A stretch of DNA of 64,000 nucleotides from Octopus vulgaris (GCA_951406725.2 OX597823.1:72850001-72914000), one strand, 5' to 3'. Counted from the stretch's first letter, positions 15,100-28,716 are shown. Notes: a model not told the origin generated them from the sequence alone. Numbers and translations are program-made.

Positions 15100-16145
15100 G
15101 GGGGAGGGAGGGAAGGAGGAAGAAGAGAGAGAGGATGATAGTGGGAGAGAGAGGAGGAGAAGTTGAGACAGAGGAGGAGAGATAGATGATGAAAGTGGTG
15201 GTGGTCGTAATGGTGGTGATTGGATAGTAAAAAGTATTTTCTCTTAATTGAACTAAGATTTTTTATATCAGCTATCACTCAACGCATGTGCATAAGTGCA
15301 ATTCACGCTTATTTATGTGGCAATTATATATATTTTAAACAACGGCTGTATCATATGTACGGATGCTGGTTTTTTGTTTATAGGGAAGATGGAAAAATAA
15401 GTGTGAATATTTATTTTATGGGTTGTGTGAAGTCTATAAAATTGTGCATAAAGTATGTAAAGCGTATATATATATATATATATATAAAGTGCATTAAGTA
15501 AACATGGTACTCCAATTTCTTTCACTTTCCAATGAGTAGCAGTTGGGGAACAATATTTCTATGCAGATACAACACAGGCTACACTTTCGGATAGTTTTCG
15601 ATAAATTTTTTAGAAATAATGCAATAGGTTTACCGTTCCTTCCATGCAGTTCACGGGTCCCGCTATTACACTAAGAAGCTCTCTCCACAAAACAAACCCA
15701 TCGGTGCGGTGGAAGGAAAACTTCGCAATACAACTACGGGAAAAGTTCTGTGAAAGCAGAGGAACTAAAAAACGGAAAGATTGTTTGTTTCTTACATGCA
15801 CGATATCTCAATGCAGCATACGTGGGAAGTCGAAAGCAACACTCGAAAATATGGAAATACACCACTTACACAGTAAGTACGGAATTTAAATAATGCAACT
15901 GTCCCCTCATCCATGTGCACATGTTAATATTCATAAGCAACATAAATAATGCATACATGAGATAAACGTACACACATGATAGAAAGAAAAAAAACACGTT
16001 CACGAGCTACGCCGTGCAGAAATAAAACAAAGCGACTTCCCAAACACGAATATAAAACGGAGCAAATTTGTCACTAACCAAACAGCTATGCTGGAAACCA
16101 TTGCTACTAAAAGAATACAGACGATTTTCGATATGTCGGCCTCTA

Positions 16146-16225
<80 letters not shown>

Positions 16226-16254
16226 ATATAGATATAGATATATACATACATACT

Positions 16255-18790
16255 CATTCGAAGAACAAAGAAGCGGTGTCGGGTAAGAAAGTCAACTCTG
16301 AACCCGTTTTCTATTGTCTCAGTCGATGCCTTAATGACAAGCCAAAAGTCCTGCCGGCTCCCTCGTCAACCGGGACAACAAGGACCGCGTTACTCAGTGG
16401 GGAACCAGACTGGAATCCAGAAGTCTGCTGTTGGAACAAACACTCTCAGAAACGATCTACTAGGTAACCAGATCCAGGATAACACTAACATTAGCCCCGT
16501 AGTGACGCCACAGAAAACATCACCTAGAGTTAAACGCTTAAAATGGACTAGAGAGGATTATAGTGATGCTTTGAAAGCTTTCTATACAACCCAACTAAAC
16601 CCAAACAATAACCTCATAGTACAAACTTGAGAAACTTAGTAAGCAATGAAGTACGCAGATATATAGATGCAAATAAATTAAGTAATTTACGTAGAGACAC
16701 CATTAAGAATAAAATGTTAAATGACGCTTAAATTAGCTAAATTGGGATACAAATATCTCATGGTAGGCCAAATGAAAACAGCAACAAAACATATGAAATA
16801 GCTAACAGGTGCACAAAACCCAGTGTACGAGCTGTACATCCCAACGAGGAAGAGCTGATAAAGTATAGCGAAGAACAGATATGCGGAAAAGTGGAGAAAG
16901 GAGGCTTACCTCAAGAATACCAGAATATGTCTAACATAATTTGAGGTGAATAATAAAGAGAAGACGATAGAAGCAAAACAAAATATTATCAGACAATTCA
17001 CCAAGACTGGATGTACTGACGTCATCAATAGAGAACCACTGGCAATGTTCTCAAACAGCATAAAAAACAACAACAAAATCATAATATATAACGCTGCCCT
17101 TAGACAGATCTTAAGTAATAAGGGAAATGACTTCACCTTAAATAACCTCATCTATTCCACTGCTGAAGTTGTAACTGGTCAACTAGGTATTAGGGCAACA
17201 AAGAATAGGACCAACCAAGTCAATAGAGCGCTTAAGTGGAAATTAGCAATACAAAAGAAGATCGAATCTCGATGAACTTGCTAGAGGAGTAAATGTAAGA
17301 CGAAAGGAGCTAGAAAAACCATGCAAAAATACAAAATCAAACATTTTATAAACCTCCCTGCAACCAAAGAACGACTGAAACAACGAATACAACTGAAAGC
17401 CCAACGGCTTAGGAGGTATTACAAAAGAATCAAATTTTATCGACAAAACGAGATATTCAAAACGGATGCCAGGGTAATTTATAGGGAAATTAGCAAAAGT
17501 AGGATAGAAGTAGAGGAGCCACCAGCAACGGAGGAAATGGAAGAGTTCTGGAAGAATATGATGCAACGAAAAAGAATATAATACTAACTCCTGAGAACAT
17601 GCACCACCAAAAGCAGCTGTTGATCCTCTGAACCTACCTAGAAGTAATGGGGCAAGAGGAATGATGAATGTAGAACTGTGCTATTAGAACTCCACGATGG
17701 CAATAAACAGGTACCTATCTAATACAGAGGAATGGATGCTCCAACTTGTGTGCAAACACGAAAAAAAAGAAAACAGTCACATTCTATTGTCAAGCAAGCT
17801 TTCTAATTCACAAGGGAACTTGGCATTAATCCTGAAATATTTGAAGAAACTGAAACCACTGCCACAAACCAAGCAAAATGGGTCAATCAGACTGCAAATA
17901 AGAGCGAGCATAAGCAAACTGAGGAGCGATGGAGTGAGTCATAAGCCTCTGTATGGATAATATATACTTCGAAGTCAAAATGCTGATATAGATCAGCAAC
18001 AACCCATCAGTGACTGAGACGTTTATGACTGAAAGCAGAGGCTGAAGATTTCGTATTGGCGGCACAAGACCAAAGCTTGCTCACAAAAAAAAACTACTAG
18101 GCAAACGTTCTTCAAAACGGTTCTCACCCTAAATGCAGATTCTGGGACACATTTGACGAAAGAAGAGAACATCTCGTCTCGGGATGTCCTGTGCAGACAC
18201 CAAGCGAATCTAAAAATCGTCACGATTGGGTAGGACAGCATTTACATTGGAATATATGTAAACACTACAAAATTAACCCTCCTGCTTATTGGTACGAAGA
18301 TAGATCGATCAAGGCTAATTGACCTGATATAATTATTAAAGATGAGGAAGAAAATAATTGTAGAATAATTGATGTAAGTGTTCCCAATGAATAAAATATA
18401 TGTCAAGGAATTTGACAAACTAAATAAATGTAAGTACCTGGAAATTGAGCTACAAAAGATGTGGCAACTTAAAACGAGAACTGTTCCTCTTATTGTGGGT
18501 GCATTAAGTATGATAATAAAGGGATGTCAGAAACATCTAGATAAGATCCCAGGAGAACCATGTCTCAGAAAAATCCAAAAGTTTGTACTGGTCAGTACTG
18601 CCCATATCCTTAGAAAAACCCTATCCATTAAAATGTCTCTGTTGTACTACATGAAGATATTTCGGTACTTCCCGTCCTGAAGCTTTCAGTCACACTATAA
18701 CATTCTTTATCCTTCACTCGCTCCAGGACATTGGGTGAGTCTCGGCAAGGGAGTGTATCAAAGATGCAGATTGAAAGTAAATAAGTAAAT
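16255..18790 (+). mobile_element. R4/Dong-like non-LTR element, decayed, lacking the whole RT domain
   Basis: N-terminal KRLKWTREDY motif and KAQRLRRY..YRQN..EEFWK joined near 17590 to the post-RT region, LAAQDQSLL, zinc-knuckle remnant, PDII..IDVSVP, LIVGAL..HILRKTL; (TAA)n tail. Confidence 0.9.
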
Positions 18791-18813
18791 AATAATAATA
18801 ATAATAATAATAA

Positions 18814-19246
18814 TACCACAGATTTGCTTGTCAGTTGTTTGACCATAACCAGTTGAGTATGTCCCTTGGTGGCTGACGATATGTGCATCGCTGATCATGA
18901 GCAGGCGTAGTGGGGGAGCTTCATAGCTGTGTTTTGAAAGGAATTCTTAGAGGTTTGGATAATTTACCTTTAGAAACTTGACTGGCTCGTTCAACATCCT
19001 TAAACAATCCTTATTCAGGGATCTTTTGAGCGGGATGGGCTATTCGACCAGGAGAAAATTTTCACTGGGCCCCACCTGCAAGGTCAAATGCTGTTTATCT
19101 TGATATGAGATCACCGTGTCGTGCACATATGGTCGTGATGCATGTGCCTGGTGTACCCTTATCAGATAGGTAGTCATGATGGGTATATTGGGCTTCGTAT
19201 AGTTTACCCAAGTGTCACTTTGACGGCATGCACTGCTCTCTCACCC
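18814..19246 (+). mobile_element. Non-coding (AAT)n-flanked interspersed repeat, 5'-truncated copy
   Basis: Homologous to 23067-23170 and 37110-37518 (both reverse strand); shares the 3' end ..CTCTCTCAC(C/T)C-(AAT)n with the 23067 copy. Confidence 0.8.
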
Positions 19247-19259
19247 AATAATAGTAATA

Positions 19260-19364
<105 letters not shown>

Positions 19365-19490
19365 AGTAATAGTAATAGTAATAATAAATTAAGGAGGTAA
19401 GTTCCTGCCAATATATACAAACTGCACAATTGCAAAAACTGAAAACTACACCAAAACCTATAAAAAGAAAATTCAACGATGTGAACATCA

Positions 19491-19538
<48 letters not shown>

Positions 19539-20070
19539 ATATATTTATCATTCTTTTTATACTTTTTGAAAAACAATAAAAAAATAAATAAATACATAAA
19601 TAAATAAATATATATATGTATATATTAATTTTATATATATTAGTTGTTAATTATGTATTGGTTTATGTCTATCACTGTTTGAGTTGCATAATAGTGGATT
19701 TATCTCTAATTCATATTATATATATATATATATTCTATCAGTAATTAAAAATAGAACAACGGGAATTCCTTCTTTTCAAGGCCAAGGTCAGCGTTCTCAT
19801 TGATCACTAGCAGTACTAAACACATTTGACCTCTGCTGATCCAAAAGGTGTGCGGACTCTTTTGTCTCCTTATCGCACAGGAACGTCCATTGCTAACCTT
19901 CTCACCATCTGGCGAATCTATTTACGGACATGTTGAACTTGGTCTATTCACCAAGCTGCTACTCTTCCTGCCATTATTCCCTTCAGCACAACATATTTAT
20001 GATAATCATAAGTAGAAGACAAAAGTTGAAACTAAACAATACTTAATAATACCTTTTGATAATAAATGGA

Positions 20071-20143
<73 letters not shown>

Positions 20144-20174
20144 TTTATAATAATAATAATATTAATAATAATAA

Positions 20175-20375
20175 TTAGTGTTAACTGCAAACGTAAACAG
20201 ACTGTATATGAAAAGAAAGAATGGGAATGATGACAGAGTACTAATTAGTAAAGACCATTGTATAAGGAGTGAAAGGGGAACGCTGACCAATTATTTGGTA
20301 AATAATGAGGACGATCTGCTGCAATATATTGGGACCCATAATATTATCGATAATTCTGAAATTCTGCAGGTAGAA
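20175..20375 (+). mobile_element. Internal R4-like LINE fragment after (TAA)n
   Basis: ANVNRLYMKRKNG matches the (D)VDRLY.PR..GGRG motif. Confidence 0.6.
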
Positions 20376-20450
20376 CGATGGTGGTAATGATAATCACTGT
20401 AGTTTTGGAAGCGACACAATGCAAGTACGTTATTTATATATATTTATATA

Positions 20451-20544
<94 letters not shown>

Positions 20545-20609
20545 TGTGTGTATGTGTGTGTGTGTATATTTACATACATGCACACGTATATGTACAAATA
20601 AAGAGAGGA

Positions 20610-23045
20610 AGAGAGAGATGGGATGTTAATATCAACTCTCGTGGAACCCCATGAACGACTCATGAAATCAAAAAATCAACACAACAAGGAATGAATTAAT
20701 GGCGAGAATGAAGCTATAGCCGATCATGGTGAAGGTTTCCCACCCGGCACGGCCGAAACCGCCCACATCATGGGCAGTGAACTGGCCTCGGACGGGCGTT
20801 ATGTCACAACAGACCACATACATGGTGTGTGCAAAAACAGACATAAGTGGACGAAGGAAGAGTATGATACATTTATTGAATGTCACGAAAAAGCAAAGCT
20901 GGAAAAAAGTCGTGGAGTAGGACGACGTACCTTGAAATGTTGGATGGAAAAGTACATGTGTCCAACGTCAGAAAATATATTAATGAACTGGAGTAGAAAT
21001 ATCTTTGATTAGTGAGAGTCTGAGTGACCCTGCGGATGGGCTACAAAGGATGGTCGGATTTGAAAATAGGGAGGTGGAATTTGAAAGCAGGGAGGAGAGG
21101 AGACAGGAGGAAGAAGGGAATGGTGATGGGGCTGTTAAGGATGGGGGACAGGAACGTTATACACTGAACCCTGATAATATGGTGTGTGAACATGCAGTGG
21201 AAATGAACCAACTAGATAATGAATAGCTTGAAATTCAAAGACGACTCACCGACTTGATGAATGCTCCAAAAGAAAAAGTCCCCTTGAATATGAGAAGGGT
21301 AGATAGGAGTATGATACATAAAGTTACACAAAAGATAAATACCAGACATTCAGACAGATGACGTAACACAAATAAGGAATCTTCTCAGAGCTATTGCGCT
21401 ACTTGTTGAAGTGAAATTACAGCATGAGAACAAAAAATGGTGGAGCAAAAGAACCATAGTGGAAACGACGCATTGAAAAGGACATAATGCGGGCAAGGCA
21501 AGATTTAGGATAAATTGAGCGTTGATTAAGAGGAAACTGGAAAATGGGGAAAAGACCGACAGAGAGAAATGAGTGAAGAAATATAAAATACGGAAAAACG
21601 GGTTTGATACAGTAATAGAGCAGTTGAAACAGAGGATCATGCCAAAAACCAGAAGATCAGAAGATTTGTGAACAGAAAGAAGCAGTTCGAGGAGAACAGA
21701 TTGTTCAAAAATAACCCGAAGCAATTCTTCCAAACGTTAGAAGGAGACAAAGGGGAAAATGTTGCTCCAGATACAAATCAAGGCGAAGTCTGGAGTGGAT
21801 TATGTGGAAACAACATGGTGCGTAAAAGGGATGCAATGTGGATAGGAACTATCAAGGCAGAACTACAAGGGGGAACGAAACAAATAAATATTGTCATAAC
21901 ACGGGTGGTATGAAAGGACAAGTGGGTAACATGCCTAACTGGAAATTCCCCGGATCAGGTGGAATTCATGGCTTCTGGTTGAAGAGATACCACGCGGTGC
22001 ATGAAAAACTAGCTGTTCAATTGAATGAGGGTGTCCAGAAAGTTACAGTCCCCGCGTGAATGGTGACTGGGAGGACAACACTTGTAAGGAAAGATAGAAG
22101 AAAGGGGAATATAGTGGTAAACCACCGTCCCATAGCATGCCTAAACATAATCTCCAAGATACTCACTAGAATATGTGCAGCAAAGGCATACACTTTCCTG
22201 CACAGGAAGAAATACTATCAAAGGAACAAAAAGGATGTAGGAAGAGTAGAGTTCTCAGGGTAACAAGGATCACCTGGTCATCGATAAAATAGTTTTGAAG
22301 CATTGTAAAAAACATCATACAAACATGTCCGTGGCTTGGATTGACTTTAAGAAGGTATAACATATGGTGCCACATTCTTTGATCGTTGAATGCCTGCAAA
22401 TGTTTGGTGTTGCTGACAACATCACACATTTTCTGATACATAGCATGAAAGAGTAGAAAACCAAATTGTACTCAAGTAATGTATTCTTTGGAGAAGTTAA
22501 TATTAAAAGGAAAGTCTTCCAAAGTGACACGTTTTCTCCGTTACTTTTGTTATTGCACTAATACCCATAACAATGACGTTTAGGAAATTTAAGATGGATT
22601 ACCGATGTGGGAAGAAAGGCCCATCATTGAACTATCTTCCGTTTATGGATGACCTGAAATTGTTGGACAAAATAGTCCAGACGTGTGGTAGGGTATGGAA
22701 TTTGGAATTACCAAATGCTCAGTACTTAATATGAAAAGAGGGAAGAAATCAGCCTATAGAGGATTGCGGTTACCATCAGGAGAAACCATGGGTGAACCCG
22801 ACGGCAGTGGGTACAGATATTTAAGGATTTGGAGCTGGATGTCATTCTACTCAGGGAAATGAAACTCAAGGTCAGCGAAGCATATTAAAAAAGAGTGAAG
22901 ATGGTGTTAAATGCAACCTGAACTCCAAAAATTTGATTACTGGTGGTCAGATATAATGTCTCCATTCTCAAATGGGCTAAGGAGGAAATATCAACCCTGG
23001 GTAGAAGGACGAGAAAGCTGATGATGCTACATGGTGTGCTACATC
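20610..23045 (+). mobile_element. Old R4/Dong-like LINE (distinct subfamily), 5' half with RT, many stops and frameshifts
   Basis: RHKWTKEEY, WKFPGSGGIHGFWLK, HRPIACLN, WIDFKK, FQSDTFSPLL, FMDDLKL, GMEFGITKC motifs in order. Confidence 0.9.
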
Positions 23046-23066
23046 ATCATCATTATTAATATTATT

Positions 23067-23170
23067 GAGTGAGAGAGAAGCGCATGCCATCAAAGTGACA
23101 CTGGGGTACAAATATATAAGGCCTAATATACTTATCATGGCTAACCGTCTGATGAGAGTACACCAGACAT
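23067..23170 (-). mobile_element. 3'-terminal fragment of the 18814-type repeat
   Basis: Reverse complement matches about 19143-19246; TTA-rich flanks. Confidence 0.8.
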
Positions 23171-23187
23171 TAATATTATTATTATTG

Positions 23188-23385
23188 TTAGCCTACCGTG
23201 CAAAATGCTTCACAGAATTTCATCTGAAATCACATTCTAAGTTCAAATTCCACCGAAATCGACATAGCCTTTCATCGTTTCGTGGTCGACGAAATAAGGA
23301 CCAATTACGCTCTGGGGTTGATATAATCGACTACTACCCTCCCCCAAAATTTCAGCCCTTGTGCCTATAGTGGAATTGATTATTC
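23188..23385 (+). mobile_element. SINE family 3 copy
   Basis: GTTCAAATTCC B box and core as at 14019. Confidence 0.75.
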
Positions 23386-23398
23386 TTGTTGTTGTTCA

Positions 23399-23444
<46 letters not shown>

Positions 23445-23463
23445 TGTAGTAGTAGTAGTAGTG

Positions 23464-23508
<45 letters not shown>

Positions 23509-24339
23509 AAAACTCATTTTCCTTTATCAATTTTTTAAAATTGGGAATGTGAATTTTTGTTTAAAAATTAGTCGTTTATTATACACAAATACTCACACAT
23601 ACAGAAATATGTGAGTGCGTATAGCTAAGTATAGCTATAAATATAGATATATATATCTCAATGTATAAAGTTTAGCGTAGATGGTATATAATTCTTCATA
23701 GTAGTGAAATGACCACCTCCGGGCGATTTTCTACTCGTCAAATTATATTGCTTACATATTTGAGTCCCGTTTTATGTATGATTTTTTTTTCTAATATGTT
23801 ACGTCTAATTCTCCTTTGGTTTGTTCATTCGTCAAATAGTACTAGATCAGTAAGTAATTTTAGAATAACGCCAAAACTTCCGAGACATTCAAACACATTT
23901 TGATAAAGATATATCAAACTTCTAATCTATAAGTATTTACTAGTTGGTGTAGACATTAATACGTTTTGTCTTTTAGTACAAGTTACATCCTCTGAGCTAA
24001 TTAATTAGCATCATTATTATAGTATAGATATTCTATAACTTACTGTAACAGTCATTCGTTTCTTTCAGTCTATTTTCTCTAATTAACATCATTCTCTAGT
24101 TAATTAATCGTTTAGGAATTTTCTTGTTGATTATTTTGTTCTTATTTATTATTTTCTTCCTTTTATTTATTACCTACGAACTCCAATTTTTTTCAGCTGA
24201 CTGGTTGCAAATGTTTACATAAATATTGGTATGTGTTCGTTCAGCGACGTCTAGGTCCGCATTGTTTTCTTTACATGTAAGTATAAGCGCCTATATGTAT
24301 ATAGATATACATACAGAGCAATATTTCTAGCTATGTAAT

Positions 24340-24976
24340 ATAAGGTGACTGGTATGTTAGAAGCACCTACATTGCAGGATATAAGAGCTAAAATACTCCA
24401 AAGTTGTAGTCAAAGCACATAATCGTATAGAAAACACCATTCAAGAATTCCTTATACTGAATGCAATTTCAGCCGCCTCATCAGAATGGACTGGCTCTAC
24501 TTCGGTAGTTTTCGGACTTAAATCTCTGTATATATGTTTTAATCATAGAAATTTATGGATGTTTTAGTAAATCGCTAGTGAGTATATATAAAATTGAAAT
24601 CGACAGCAGTTTGCAATATTTTACCATAAAGGAAAATTACGAATGTCACTAAATATGACTAGGGTGGTAGAAACACCTACATTGCTAGAAGTAAGACCTA
24701 AAATGCTCTAAAGCTGCTGCCACAGTGCATAATTCTATACATATACACTGACGGGGACTGTAATCGTCCAAAAGCACCATTCACTATAAGGAATTTTCGA
24801 AAGGTGTTTTTGGACGATTGTGGTCCCTGTCTATATATATGCATATAATTATGTGCTTTAACTACAGCATTAGAGCACTTTAGGTCTTACTTCTAGCAAT
24901 GTAGGCGTTTCTAACAACCTCTTCATATTTATTGACAATAATAGTTTTCCTTTTCGGTACAACATTGCAAACTGCT
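24340..24976. mobile_element. Penelope-type terminal-repeat cluster: tandem minus-strand units plus an inverted unit (arms 24605-24778 / 24803-24976)
   Basis: About 175-bp inverted repeat; same family as 60240-60527; decayed hammerhead at 24449-24490. Confidence 0.75.
24449..24490 (-). ncRNA. Degenerate hammerhead (stem II largely deleted)
   Basis: CTGATGA-GGCGGCT-GAAA-TTGCATTCA-GTA-TAAGGA, positionally homologous to the intact motif at 60375. Confidence 0.5.
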
Positions 24977-25129
24977 TTCTCGCGCCATTTCCGCTCTACC
25001 GGTCACTCGTTGCAACACCTGTCCGTGTTCGGACTGTCCTTGCATAGGGGCCATCCGGACTCCCGCTTGCGCCGTGAACAGAGATTAATATTCTCTCTTC
25101 ACTCCTTTGCGTCCAATGGGCTCAACTCT
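24977..25129 (+). pseudogene. C-terminus of a Penelope-like GIY-YIG endonuclease, followed by a pyrimidine-rich 3' region to about 25890
   Basis: SRHFRSTGHSLQHLSVFGL..RLRREQRLIFSLHSFASNGLNS matches the HF...GHS...R..RE...I..L....PNGLN end of PLE ORFs. Confidence 0.8.
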
Positions 25130-25579
25130 CCTCCCCTCGCCTCTCTCTCCCTCACACCTACATCCTCCCACCCACGTCTTCTCTCTTACACAGACTCCTA
25201 CTTCTTCCTTTCACTTCACTCCTACCCACCTTTTCTTCTCTTTATTCCTACCTACCTTCCCCTTCCTCCCTTCATCGTCACCCCTCCCTCGTAAGCCCAC
25301 CCGACCCCTACACATTGAAACCCCACCTTCCCTATTCTTCCTCAGCCCACGCCACCTCACCCCTTACACCAACGCCTGCATCCCCACCTTTACTCTCACC
25401 CTCCGCCTACTCACACCAACCTCTACCCCCACCCTCAGCCTAACCCACACCCCATTTTTCTTTCCCCATTCCCGCTTCCCCCACCTCCCAATACCATCAC
25501 ATCACACCACATACCACTACACCTTACACCACCATACCACACTACACATCATATCGCAACACACGACCACGCACACATC

Positions 25580-25780
25580 CGGGTTGCGGATCCGTGGAAT
25601 AAGCTGCCGGACGAGATAGTGAAGATGCCGACGACCGCTCGGTTCAAAGTCTCCCTTGACCACAAATGGCTTGAACTCTTTGCATGAACACCAGCCTGTA
25701 CATAACTCCATGTCCCCCTACATGGCCTTGCGTTTTGCTTTTTGAGCCAAAGAATTAACTTAACTAACTTAACTTAACTA
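25580..25780 (+). mobile_element. 5'-truncated CR1/L2-like LINE 3' end
   Basis: RVADPWNKLPDEIVKMPTTARFKVSLDHKW..*, short UTR, (TAACT)n tail. Confidence 0.8.
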
Positions 25781-25951
25781 GCACTGACCACTTCCCAGAC
25801 CAACATTTTCACACCTACACACACGCACACGTCAAGATCACAAGCCCTCTTCTGCACTCACTTACAACTCTCTTATACACAAGCACACAGATATATAAGG
25901 GAAATATGACAAGGTAGAAAATGCTAAAATAATTTTATCATGAAGAACATT

Positions 25952-25989
25952 TTAGTACCGGTTTCAGTCTCTGCGACTTTTTCAACTTC
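25952..25989 (-). ncRNA. Minimal hammerhead-like motif with U3-A8 core
   Basis: TTGAAAA-AGTC-GCAGA-GACT-GAA-ACCGGT-A; palindromic stem III, but stem I only 2 bp in this copy. Confidence 0.5.
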
Positions 25990-26333
25990 GAGTAAAACAT
26001 GAAATACAATTAAATTGTGGAAAAATTGAATGAAATGAAATGTTTTTTTAAAAATATTTCCATACTTTTCAAATACAAGGGACATTTTACGTTTTTCTGT
26101 CTGTCTGTCTGTCTGTCTCTGTCTCTCTCTCTCTCTCTCTCTCTGTGTTTCAATTTTGTGAAGGCTCGGTAGTAGGCAGTAAGTAGGGTGAAGAGGAAGG
26201 GGAAGGGGAAGTAGAGAAAGAAGAAGAAGAAGAAGAAGAAGAAGAAGAAGAAGAAGAAGAAGAAGAAGAAGAAACAGATCAAGAACAAGAACAAGAGGGA
26301 GTAGGAAAAGAAGAGAAAGAATAATATATACAC

Positions 26334-26386
<53 letters not shown>

Positions 26387-26639
26387 GCATATATACACAT
26401 GCATGTATAATTAAGTATATCTATAAGCATGTGTCAAAAATTTTTTGGACTTTCACAGAATGATCTTTGGCAACTTGCATCTCCATATCGCATCATTAAT
26501 GTATTACTTCTTGTTGCCCAATAATTGCTGAATTGGTTATTCTTTGTTTTCGTGCACAACATCGTAAATATATATTCCTATTTATTCTTTATTTTACAGC
26601 TTTAATAAGTGGTGAAAACAATTTGGTATTTGAGCCATA

Positions 26640-26990
26640 TGAAAAGAGGATTGAGTGTGAGGACAGCGAAATAGAAATTAATGATTTGGAAGCTCCACGA
26701 GTTATCAACGAACGTGTGGCCCAAAACGTATTCAGGTGCTTTGAGGAAGGTCGCACCAGTCTCGAAGTACATTGTTCGAAGGACGTAGGCCTTAACAAAG
26801 TACAATCAGACGACATCTCCTTACGCTCGATCTCGTGAATAGGCGCTGTCTAGGAGTTCCTCGTTAACTGAGAAATGACCTGTCTCAACGACGTGTGAAC
26901 GTTTGTTCTCAACTGCTGACAAATTCTTGAGATGTCTGGTTTTAGAGTCGAATTGTAGCTGGGTATGAGAAATCGATGTAATTTTCGTAA
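26640..26990 (+). mobile_element. Decayed mariner transposase fragment
   Basis: INERVAQNVFRCFEEGRTSLE (HTH region) and VPR*LRNDLSQRRVNVCSQLL (WVPHEL region). Confidence 0.6.
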
Positions 26991-27024
26991 ACCAGTAAAT
27001 AGAAAAATGTGTCGGAAAATCTTA

Positions 27025-28400
27025 TCTAGGGTCAGAGCGTTCTGAAGAACGTTAGCCTGATAGTTATTTTGTGAGCAAGCTTTGATCTTGTACCGCATAG
27101 CTTCTAAACTTCTCAGCCACTGATGGGTTTTTGCTTGATCTACATTAGCATTTCGACTTCGAAGTCTATGCTGTCCATGCAGAGGCTTGTGACTCCATCC
27201 CTCCTCTATTCGTTTCTGCTTGTTCTCTTTTAAACTCTGCTTGATCCATTTTGCTTTCTTTGTATCATTGGTTTCAGGTTCTTCAACTGTTTCAGGGCTA
27301 ATGCCAAGTTCCCTTGCGAATTTGAAAGCTTCCTTGACAATCAAATGTGATTATTTGCTTCTTTCGTGTTTCAACATATGTTGCATCGTCCAGTCCCCTG
27401 TACTAGATAAGTAACTGTTCATTGCTATTGTGAAGCTCTTATAATACAGTTCTACCTTCATCATTCCTCTTCCGCCATTACTTCCAGGTAGATACAGACG
27501 ATCAACATCTGCTTTTGGGTAGCGCATGTTCTTAGAAGTTAGCATTTTCCTTGTCTTCCTGTCCAGGCGTTGAAGCTCTATAAGATTACAGTTTATGTTG
27601 TTGAAACTATATTGGACTACTGGTATGAGTCTTATTCTCCTATTATATTCCTTTCTTATTTTTTCCTTTATGGTAGCATGTTGTATACCATCTTCACAGT
27701 TTATTCCCAGGTATCTGTAATTTTCTCGCGGGTCAAGCTCTTTGATGTCATTATCGGTATCTAATTTAATTCAAATATATTTGCCTGAGGCAAATAAATT
27801 TGGCTTTTGTAAGAGGCAAGCGCCTCTTACAAAAGTTGCTTTAGCACACTTATCAAGACCAAAATCCACCCCAATGTCATGCTACCGTGTAAGAATTTGG
27901 AGACGATAGGAGAGATCTTATATATCTCAAAGGTCATGAGTAGCCAATTATGTGGGTCACTATCAAACGCTTTCCTGTAGACTATTAATGCCATACTCCA
28001 GTTTTTCTTTTTGCTCCAGCAATTCTCTACAACTACTTTTCTATATAAAAGAGATGGTCTATTGTCGTATTGTAAACTTTGAACCCATGCCTGGTGTTAT
28101 GTAGCTCGTTTCAGAGTGGAATCAGTGCCATGCAAAAGAGTAATGGGGAGAGGGAATCACCTTGAAAGATGCCTCGTTTGATGTTGATGTTGTTAGTTTG
28201 GCTGATACCATTACTATGGTTTAGAAGGAAACCTGCATTCCACTTGGCCATACTACCTTGTAAGACTTTGGAGATGACAGGAGAGATCTTATATATCTCA
28301 AGGGCCTTGAGTATCCAATTATGTGAGATACTATCAAACACTTTCCTGTCGTCTACCCATGCCATACTCAGGGTTTTCATTTTGCTATACCTGGACACTT
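27025..28400 (-). mobile_element. Internal R4/Dong-like LINE fragment (RT to post-RT)
   Basis: RGIFQGDSLSPLLFC, FGLDKCAK, PKADVDRLYLP, KPLHGQ, YQANVLQN. Confidence 0.9.
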
Positions 28401-28648
28401 AATAGAACCAGCTTTTACAAACACCCCACGCTGAGTATTGAATACGTCGTCTTACAGAAAGGCCTAGAGATGTTCACTCAATGCAGTCAATGTGGTGACG
28501 ATGCAGAGAAGATAAGGTGTAAACAGTCGACTTGTTCGCCATCATTGCTAAGCAATTATAAGTGGTTGAAATAACTCAATGGCACTTGCAAACGAACAAC
28601 TTATTGCGTTTTAGTGTGTGTAAATTTATTTCTGTATTTAGCCTATGC

Positions 28649-28716
<68 letters not shown>

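Noticed and set aside
20618-20670. HDV-like ribozyme at the R4 5' end (CTCTCGT loop-like string)
   Set aside because: Could not build P1-P4 pairings
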